From Xylella taiwanensis (lineage in GTDB: Bacteria; Pseudomonadota; Gammaproteobacteria; Xanthomonadales; Xanthomonadaceae): DNA of 32,000 nucleotides. The position numbers and the translations under genes are program-made. Shown here piece after piece: positions 8,981-15,480 of this stretch; the first letter of the stretch is position 1; every line of letters begins with the position of its first letter. Location of the stretch: assembly GCF_013177435.1 (NCBI RefSeq), contig NZ_CP053627.1, forward strand, positions 360,001 to 392,000, given 5' to 3'. The notes under the pieces were generated by a model, which saw only the letters and a program-made list of their open reading frames with translations, did no database searches and was not told where the DNA came from.

Positions 8981-10002
8981 TGGATATCAAGGCGCTGCGC
9001 GACAACACGTTGATCGTGGACAAGGTCGAAGAAGCGTTGCAGGCGGCGTACTCATCGAATGAAGCATTCAACGCAGTTCTGGATGAAGCGCCGCCACTAT
9101 CTTTCAAGAGCCTGCGTGACCCGGAACACGAGTATTTCGTGAAGGTCAGTGAAGCGCTGTACTGGGTGGAGCGAGAGACCTACCTGGATGAGCTGAGACA
9201 CTGGGAAGAACAGCGCGAAATCAACCAACACCAGGCGGCCATCACCTGCATCACCTCCTCTGATCAGCGCGGCGTCTTCTCTGATCTGGTGAATGCGATG
9301 CGCCTGAGGCGGATCGCGCCGTTCGTGGGCGCGGGGCTCTCCAAAGCCTGTGGTGACACGATGTGGGGCGAGGCGCTGCGCAACATCGCCCCAAAGCTCG
9401 ATGGTTTGGAGGTACAGGACATCCAGGACATTGAGCCCCTGATGGCGCGATACGACGATCTGCAAGCCGCGCAGGTCTTACATGATGCCGCCGCCGAGCA
9501 TGTCACACATTTCATCAAAACCGAGTTTCGCCAACGCGGTGCGATTGTCGGGCCTGTTCGCTTGCTCACCGAGCTTGCCAACGGCTGCATCGTCACTACC
9601 AATGTCGATACGGTCATTGAAGATCTGTTTCGTGAACGGGGGCAGCCGCTGGATGGCTACATGCATGGCACTCAGGCGGGCCATAACTTCGTGCAGCGGT
9701 TGTTGCGTGGCGAACGTTGCATCCTCAAGCGGCACGGCGACGCGGGACAGGACAACACCCATGTGTTCACCCAGGCGCAATACCAGGCCGCGTATGGCGA
9801 ACCCTTCGCCTTCCAGAACCAGCTCCCCCGTGCGCTGCGGCAGATCTTCATCAGCCATTCGCTACTTTTCTTGGGATGCAGCATGGAGCAAGACAAAACG
9901 CTCGATTTGTTCAAGCACGTGGTAGATGAAGCAGCCTTTGAAATTCCGGATCACTTTGCCCTGTTGAATGAACCGGCCACGGCGGCAGAACGTGTCCTCT
10001 AA
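8977..10002 (+). CDS. SIR2-like (SIR2_2 family) domain protein, putative NAD+-consuming defence effector, embedded in the Type I RM operon; possibly truncated by a frameshift at its 3' end
   Basis: The start ATG 8977 overlaps the hsdS stop (ATGA at 8977-8980). Motifs: PFVGAGLS (GAG at 9328-9336), IVTTNVD (Asn codon at 9601-9603), ILKRHGD (His codon at 9733-9735) and LLFLGCSMEQD. These match the Rossmann/NAD-pocket and catalytic Asn/His signature of prokaryotic SIR2_2 defence domains. The first ~105 aa form a helical region that I do not recognise. Confidence 0.75.
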   Translation: MMDIKALRDNTLIVDKVEEALQAAYSSNEAFNAVLDEAPPLSFKSLRDPEHEYFVKVSEALYWVERETYLDELRHWEEQREINQHQAAITCITSSDQRGVFSDLVNAMRLRRIAPFVGAGLSKACGDTMWGEALRNIAPKLDGLEVQDIQDIEPLMARYDDLQAAQVLHDAAAEHVTHFIKTEFRQRGAIVGPVRLLTELANGCIVTTNVDTVIEDLFRERGQPLDGYMHGTQAGHNFVQRLLRGERCILKRHGDAGQDNTHVFTQAQYQAAYGEPFAFQNQLPRALRQIFISHSLLFLGCSMEQDKTLDLFKHVVDEAAFEIPDHFALLNEPATAAERVL

Positions 10003-10453
10003 GGAAGCCCGGCTATTGAAACTGAACATCCGGCCGTTATGGTACGCAACGCCTGTCAACACCGATGGCACACCGGATCACTGCTTGCTGGAACAGCTCC
10101 TGAGATACGCCATCGCGGTCGCGGACTGCCCACCGGGGCGCTTCATTCCTTATATCCAGCTGCATGAATTTGAGGCGCTGCTGTTTAGCGATGTATCGAT
10201 CCTGACGCGCATTGCATCAGGCTGGCTATCGGCACACGTTGCACTGGCAGCCATATGTGCCGCTGTTGAATCCCCTGAACAGATCAACGGCCTGCCCGAA
10301 ACCAAGCCCGCCGCGCATCTGGAACGCGCCTTGAGCCATCCCAAGTACCGCAAACGCACCCATGCCCCCAGTGCCGCACAGAAGATCGGATTGGCCAAGA
10401 TCGAAGCCAAGTGCGCCTTCTTTGCTGGGGGGCTGGCACACATCAGGAAATGA
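9968..10453 (+). pseudogene. Chimeric remnant ORF: the +1-frame continuation of the SIR2 gene tail fused to the C-terminal half of a DUF4276-like protein
   Basis: This frame is +1 relative to the SIR2 ORF and overlaps it by 35 nt. Residues SKEARLLKLNIRPLWYATP...LLEQLL read like the usual C-terminal tail of SIR2_2 proteins. From about 10139, the stretch RFIPYIQLHEFEALLFSD...SPEQINGLPETKPAAHLERAL..YRKRTHAPSAAQKIGLAKIEAKCAFF matches my recollection of the C-terminal half of DUF4276 proteins. The Toprim-like N-terminal half is absent. The stop overlaps the hsdR start (ATGA at 10450-10453). Confidence 0.5.
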
Positions 10454-13400
10454 GCACTGCCATGCTGACCGAACACACCCTCGAAGCACACTGCCTTCAT
10501 TGGTTCCAGGACACGGGATGGCACGTCGCCTACGGCCCTGACATTGGGCCAGACAGTAGTGCCCCTGAACGCACGGATTACCGCCAGGTGATCCTGCGCG
10601 AGCGCCTCTTGGCCGCCCTGGCACGGATCAACACTCACATCCCGGCGACAGCCTTGGAGGACGCCGTACATGCGCTGCACACGATCAGCGAGCCGCAGAT
10701 GGTGATGCGCAACCGCAGCGTGCACCGCCTCTTGCTCAACGGCATGCCCGTAGAGTGTGTCGTAGGCGACGAGAAGAAAACCGACTGGGTGCAGTTCATC
10801 GACTTTCAGCACCCCAGCAACAACGACTTTCTGGCGGTGAACCAGTTCACCATCATCGGTCACCAGCAACTGCGCCGGCCCGATGTGATCGCCTTTGTGA
10901 ACGGCCTGCCGCTGGCGGTGGTGGAGCTGAAAAACCCTGCCAATGAGCACACAGACATCTGGGATGCCTTCAACCAATTGCAGACCTACAAAGATGAAAT
11001 CAGCGACCTGTTCAATAGCAACGTCGCCCTGGTGATCAGCGATGGTTGGACGGCCCGTGTGGGATCGCTGACCGCGGATACCGAACGCATGCTGCCTTGG
11101 CGCACCATCGACCACGAAAACGACCGGCCGCGCCTACAGATGGAATTGGAAACAGTGGTGCGGGGCTTTTTCAAGCCCGAGTTGTTTCTCGACTATGTGC
11201 GGCACTGTGTGCTGTTTGAACAGAATGACGTCGGCATCATCAAAAAGATTGCGGGCTACCACCAGTTCCATGCCGCGCGCGAAGCAGTACGTGCCACCGT
11301 GATGGCCGCACAACAGGCGGACAAGCGCTTGCTGGAAGTGCGGGAAGCACCCGCCGGCTATGGCAAGGACGTCACACCCGGCTCACGCAAGGCAGGCGTG
11401 GTGTGGCATACCCAGGGCTCGGGCAAAAGCATCACCATGGCTTGCTATGCAGGCAAGTTGCTGCAACAGCCGGATATGAAGAACCCCACGTTGGTGGTCG
11501 TGACGGATCGCACCGATCTGGACAGCCAGTTATTCGCCACCTTTAGCGCCGCCAGTGATCTGTTCAAGACCACTCCGGTTCGAGCCGAAAACCGCCAAGA
11601 GCTGCGCGCGCTGTTGGCCTCTCGCGAAGCGGGCGGCATCATCTTCACCACGGTGCAAAAATTCGCGCTGCTGGAGGGGGAAGATGTTCACCCGCTGCTC
11701 TCTGATCGCGCCAACATTGTGGTGATATCCGACGAGGCCCATCGCAGCCAGTACGGCACCAAAGGGACACTGCACCCCACCACCGGCAAGTACATGTTTG
11801 GTTATGCCAAGCACCTGCGAGATGCGTTGCAGAACGCGACCTTCATCGGTTTCACCGCCACACCGATTGCACAGGAAGACAAAGACACCCGCACCGTGTT
11901 TGGTGACTACATCAGCATTTACGACATCCAAGATGCGGTGGACGATGGTGCCACCGTGTCCCTCTTCTACGAGAGCCGCCTCGCCAAGCTTGACGTGAAC
12001 CAGGCCGAGATTGATGCACTCAACGCGCAGGTTGATGAACTCTTCGAGGAGGAAGAGGACATCGCCAGCCGTGAGAAAACCAAAAGCGAATGGGCCGCGC
12101 TGGAGAAGCTCGTGGGTTCAGCGCCCCGAGTGCACCAGGTAGCGCGTGACCTGATCCAACACTTCGAAGCACGTGTTGCGGTGATGGACGGCAAGGCCAT
12201 GATCGTGTGCATGAGCCGCGATATCTGCGTGCAGCTCTACAACGCCATCTGTATCGGCGACGCGCACACCCCGCCGCTGCGGCCTGAGTGGCATAGCCCC
12301 GATCCGAAGCAAGGGGCCATCAAAATCGTGATGACGGGATCAACCACCGACAAGGCGCTGTTGAAGCCGCATCTGTACAGCACACCGGTAAAAAAACGGC
12401 TAGAAGAACGCTTCAAAGACGTGAAAGACCCGCTGAAGCTGGTGATCGTGCGCGACATGTGGTTGACGGGATTCGATGTGCCGTGCTGCCACACCATGTA
12501 CATCGACAAGCCCATGAAGGGACACACCCTGCTGCAGGCTATTGCCCGCGTTAACCGCGTTTTCAAAAATAAACCGGGCGGTCTAGTCGTCGATTACATC
12601 GGCATTGCCAAGGAACTCAAGGTGGCGCTCAAGACGTACACCGCTGCGAACGGCAAAGGCGACCCCACCCACAATGCCGCTGAAGCAATGGCCGTGCTAC
12701 GGGAGAAGCTGGACATCGTACGCGGCATGATGCACGGCTTTGATTACAGCGCATTCGAGACGCAGGCCCTCCCGTTACTGGTGCCTGCCGCCAATCACCT
12801 CCTGGGACTGCAGGACGGTAAGGCACGCTTCCTCGACACCATGGCCGCCATATCCAAGGCGTTCGCGCTGTGCGGCACGCTGGACGAAGCCGCTGCGTTG
12901 CGTAAGGAAATCGCTTTTTTCTCGGCCATCAAGGCGGCCATCGTGAAGTTCACGACCGTGGACAAGAAGCGCCGTGACGCGGAGAAGAACAGCGCACTCA
13001 AGCAGATTCTGGACAACGCCATCATTGCGGATGGTGTGGCGGACGTGTTCGCCCTGGCGGGGTTGGACACACCCAACATCCAGGTGCTGTCGGATGAGTT
13101 TCTGGAAGACGTGCGCCAGATGAAAAGCCGCCATGTTGCCGTGGAACTGCTGGAAAAGCTGTTGCGCGATGCGATCAAAGCGCGCGCCTCTCACAACATC
13201 GTGCAGGAGAAAAAGTACGGTGACAGGCTGCTGGAGGCCCTGCGCAAGTACCACAACCGCGCGATTGAAACTGCCCAGGTCATCGAAGCGCTGATCCAGA
13301 TGGCCAAGGAATTTCAGGCCACCCTGGAACGGGAAGCCACACTGGGCCTCACCCACGACGAAATCGCGTTCTATGACGCGCTCGCCAACAACGAAAGCGC

Positions 13401-13632
13401 GGTGCGTGAGTTGGGCGATGAGGTGCTCAAGAAGATCGCCATCGAGATCACCGAGAAACTGCGCGCCAGCACCACGGTGGATTGGCAGGTACGTGAGAGT
13501 GTACGTGCCAAATTGCGCATCCTCGTGCGGCGATGTTTGCAGAAGTGGAAGTACCCACCTGATCAGCAACCGAACGCGGTAGAGCTGGTGCTGCAGCAGG
13601 CAGAAGAACTCTCCAATCATTGGACGGTGTGA
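10450..13632 (+). CDS. hsdR: Type I restriction enzyme, endonuclease/translocase subunit R
   Basis: The ATG at 10450 lies within ORF 10411..13632. The N-terminal nuclease motif is RPDVIAFVNGLPLAVVELKNP (PD-(D/E)xK). Helicase motif I is HTQGSGKS (11410-11430) and the DEAH box is VVISDEAHRSQYG (11731-11742). Other helicase motifs are FIGFTATP and QAIARVNR. The C-terminal DUF3387-like tail is AFYDALANNESAVRELGDEVLKKIA...VDWQVRESVRAKLRILVRRCL. Length is about 1060 aa. Confidence 0.95.
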   Translation: MSTAMLTEHTLEAHCLHWFQDTGWHVAYGPDIGPDSSAPERTDYRQVILRERLLAALARINTHIPATALEDAVHALHTISEPQMVMRNRSVHRLLLNGMPVECVVGDEKKTDWVQFIDFQHPSNNDFLAVNQFTIIGHQQLRRPDVIAFVNGLPLAVVELKNPANEHTDIWDAFNQLQTYKDEISDLFNSNVALVISDGWTARVGSLTADTERMLPWRTIDHENDRPRLQMELETVVRGFFKPELFLDYVRHCVLFEQNDVGIIKKIAGYHQFHAAREAVRATVMAAQQADKRLLEVREAPAGYGKDVTPGSRKAGVVWHTQGSGKSITMACYAGKLLQQPDMKNPTLVVVTDRTDLDSQLFATFSAASDLFKTTPVRAENRQELRALLASREAGGIIFTTVQKFALLEGEDVHPLLSDRANIVVISDEAHRSQYGTKGTLHPTTGKYMFGYAKHLRDALQNATFIGFTATPIAQEDKDTRTVFGDYISIYDIQDAVDDGATVSLFYESRLAKLDVNQAEIDALNAQVDELFEEEEDIASREKTKSEWAALEKLVGSAPRVHQVARDLIQHFEARVAVMDGKAMIVCMSRDICVQLYNAICIGDAHTPPLRPEWHSPDPKQGAIKIVMTGSTTDKALLKPHLYSTPVKKRLEERFKDVKDPLKLVIVRDMWLTGFDVPCCHTMYIDKPMKGHTLLQAIARVNRVFKNKPGGLVVDYIGIAKELKVALKTYTAANGKGDPTHNAAEAMAVLREKLDIVRGMMHGFDYSAFETQALPLLVPAANHLLGLQDGKARFLDTMAAISKAFALCGTLDEAAALRKEIAFFSAIKAAIVKFTTVDKKRRDAEKNSALKQILDNAIIADGVADVFALAGLDTPNIQVLSDEFLEDVRQMKSRHVAVELLEKLLRDAIKARASHNIVQEKKYGDRLLEALRKYHNRAIETAQVIEALIQMAKEFQATLEREATLGLTHDEIAFYDALANNESAVRELGDEVLKKIAIEITEKLRASTTVDWQVRESVRAKLRILVRRCLQKWKYPPDQQPNAVELVLQQAEELSNHWTV

Positions 13633-13651
13633 AGGTTGCCAAGAGCAACCT
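13633..13651 (+). terminator. Short hairpin immediately after the hsdR stop (weak terminator candidate)
   Basis: aggttgc (13633-13639) / gcaacct (13645-13651), 7-bp perfect stem, 5-nt loop, no U-tract. A second 6-bp hairpin lies at 13661-13678. Confidence 0.25.
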
Positions 13652-13685
13652 AGATGCAAGAATCACTCAGTGGTGATTGCGATAA

Positions 13686-14678
13686 AGAACAGTGCTCGAG
13701 AAGGGCCGTGTTGCTCGTATGGTGGGCCACGTGGTCTGAGGCGTCCATGTGGTCGGCATACAGGTTTTCAGCTTTGCTGTTGGGCCCAATGACCTGGATC
13801 TTTTCCCAGAGATTGAGGTGAGCCCGGGCGCGCGCCATGCCTTCGAAACCACGCCCAGCGGTGTGCTTGTTGGTGCGCAGTTGATGCAGCGCGGCGGTTG
13901 GAAGGTGGGGCAGCGCTTGCCGCTGCAAGCGGCCCGCTTCCCCGACAAGACCGGCAGCATGAACTGGGCCTGCGATATCGTGGGTGTGCTGCATGCGCAG
14001 GACACAAGGAGCGGCGGCTTCTGCGACCGATTGCTGCTGCCATGGAAGACGTTTGATGACACCACGCCCTACAACCGCGGTCAGGTGGGTTGGTATGTCG
14101 TCGAGGTGAAAGACGTCAACGAGGCCGACCGTGTGGCACAGCGCATAGACGCGCTATCGAGCAATTCCGACGATGAAACGCGCCCGCAAAGCGAGCACGC
14201 CGCCATCGCCCATTGGATCACGCCGTTCGTGGACGTCGGCCTCATGGTGGGATCGGTCATGGGCGCGGTGTTCTTTACGCTCATGCTGCTCTCAGGCAAC
14301 ACCATGATGCAGGCAGGACGCGAGCGCACCGGTGAGCTGGAGGTACTCAAGACCTTGGGCTTTTCCAACAGCACCGTGCTGCTGCTGGTGCTGGCCGAGT
14401 CGGTGTTCCTGCTGTTGCTTGGTGGTGTGATCGATCTCTTGGTGGCGAGTGTTCTCATTCCTGCGATTGCGGCGGGCAGCGGCGGCATGCTCAATCTGCC
14501 TGCTTGGGGTGCAGGTAACGGGTTGCTCGGCTGCGGACGGCTGCTCAGCAGCGGTGCGTTGGTGGGCGTGGTGCCCGCTTGGAGCGCTATGCGCCTCAAC
14601 AGCGTCGCTGTGTTGCGGCGCTGCATGACATCGCACCATGTGGATGGCTCTCTTACTTGGACTGCTGGTACTGGCTAG
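13686..14678 (+). pseudogene. FtsX/MacB-type ABC transporter permease, 5'-truncated with an in-frame stop (decayed)
   Basis: ORF 13749..14678 encodes a MacB-like periplasmic core (GVLVGAQLMQRGGWKVGQRLPL...WACDIVGVL...VVEVKD...ADRVAQRIDAL) plus an FtsX domain (ERTGELEVLKTLGFSNSTVLLLVLAESVFLLLLGG...VPAWSAMRLNSVAVLRR). The same frame continues upstream to 13686 across a TGA at 13737-13739. The N-terminal transmembrane helix and start are missing. The reading frame begins about 50 nt after hsdR. Confidence 0.7.
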
Positions 14679-14782
14679 CGTGGGTGTGTTCGTGCTGCTG
14701 CCGCCTGTTGGAGGACTGCTGCTGCTGCTCACGGCCTGGCTGTGTTTGACGCGGCGCGGGCGTCAGGTGCTTTCGGTAGCGG

Positions 14783-15289
14783 ATGTGGGGCTTGCGTACT
14801 TTGCAACAGCGCTGGGGCGCTTCTGCCGTGATCGGTATTGCCGGCGTGGCGGGGGTGCTGCTTGCCTTGCTCGCGATGGGGGAAGGTGATGGGCGGACAC
14901 TGCGCCAGTCCGGCAGCGCGGACACCGCCATCGTGCTGTGGGGTGCTGCGTTGTCAGAGGTGAATGCAGTGCTCGACAACGACAGCTTGGTGCAGATTGA
15001 GCAGGCATCGCCGATCGCGCGTGACACGCGTGACGAGCCGCTGGCGTCGTCGGAGATCGTGGTGGCCGCCCATCTGCTGCTGGGCGGCGCACAGATCGAG
15101 GACGCAGCAGGTAGCGTGCAATTCCGCGGTGTGAGCGATTAGGCCTTTCTGCTGCGCCCACATCTGAAGCTCATCAGCGGACGGAGATTCCAGCCGGGCT
15201 TGCGTGAGCTGATGGTCGGCACAGGTGCTGCTCGACTGTTCGCAGGTCTCGTACCGGGACGCAAGGTCAAGCTGGTAGGCCATAGGTGA
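14783..15289 (+). pseudogene. Second FtsX/MacB-type permease, N-terminal fragment with an in-frame amber codon and 3' truncation
   Basis: MWGLRTLQQRWGASAVIGIAGVAGVLLALLAMGEG...DTAIVL...IEQASPIARD...VQFRGVSD matches the TM1 plus periplasmic-domain start of MacB-type permeases. There is a TAG at 15140-15142. The same frame then continues with family-typical sequence, AFLLRPHLKLISGRRFQPGLRELMVGTGAARLFAGLVPGRKVKLVGH, and ends at TGA 15287-15289. The rest of the gene, including the FtsX domain, is absent. Confidence 0.65.
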
Positions 15290-15394
15290 AAGGAAAGGGA
15301 TGCGGTGGGTTTGCCTCCGCGCACTGATGCACAGCAATTCGAAGCACTTGGATTGTGTACGTTCAAGAGTTGTTTGGTGCGGGGGACCACTCCA

Positions 15395-15480
15395 CCACCC
15401 ATACCAAAAGGTCAACAGTGCGCTGTTGGCTTTTTTCTTGCCCGATCGCGCCGATTCCGGCGTGTTGTTGAGGGGCTGCG
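15395..15480 (+). repeat. Right copy of the direct repeat (att-like), including a second copy of the tRNA-Phe terminator hairpin (15408-15436)
   Basis: ccacccataccaaaaggtcaacagtgcgctgttggcttttttcttgcccgatcgcgccgattccggcgtgttgttgaggggctgcg aligns to 5335-5423. No intact tRNA precedes it. Confidence 0.85.

Larger units (their letters stand above)
5335..15480. mobile_element. Putative tRNA-Phe-associated genomic island (about 10 kb; RHH gene, Type I RM + SIR2 cargo, decayed ABC permease genes); no integrase detected
   Basis: It is bracketed by the 86-89 bp direct repeats and abuts the tRNA 3' end. Its genes are C-rich on the coding strand with a C-ending codon preference, unlike the flanking acn/nuo genes. 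It contains pseudogenes. No integrase-like ORF was seen in any frame. Confidence 0.55.

Noticed and set aside
10150-11115. 321-aa minus-strand ORF overlapping the DUF4276 remnant and the hsdR 5' region. Similar cases: the 294-aa ORF at 12775..13659 and the 176-aa ORF at 6022..6552.
   Set aside because: All are antisense to hsdR or hsdM, whose frames carry unambiguous helicase, nuclease and methyltransferase motifs. The antisense translations are Gly/Val/His-rich nonsense, as expected from C-ending codon bias on the sense strand.
14638-14889. 83-aa hydrophobic ORF between the two permease remnants.
   Set aside because: It overlaps the better-supported N-terminal permease frame starting at 14783 and has no family signature. 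It is likely frame noise in a decayed region, though it could hold displaced fragments of the permease N-terminus.
5424-15394. Search for an integrase, excisionase, transposase or IS inverted repeats inside the putative island.
   Set aside because: No frame shows tyrosine- or serine-recombinase or DDE-transposase motifs that I can recognise, so none is annotated. Absence by eye is not proof; a profile search is needed.
15290-15394. Possible degenerate tRNA 3' fragment just before the right repeat (ggtgcgggggaccactccaccaccc versus the tRNA-Phe gtgtcgggggttcgattccctccccggccacca).
   Set aside because: The similarity needs several gaps, and no T-loop (GTTCGAnTCC) is preserved. I cannot distinguish this from chance, so only the clear repeat from CCACC onward is annotated.
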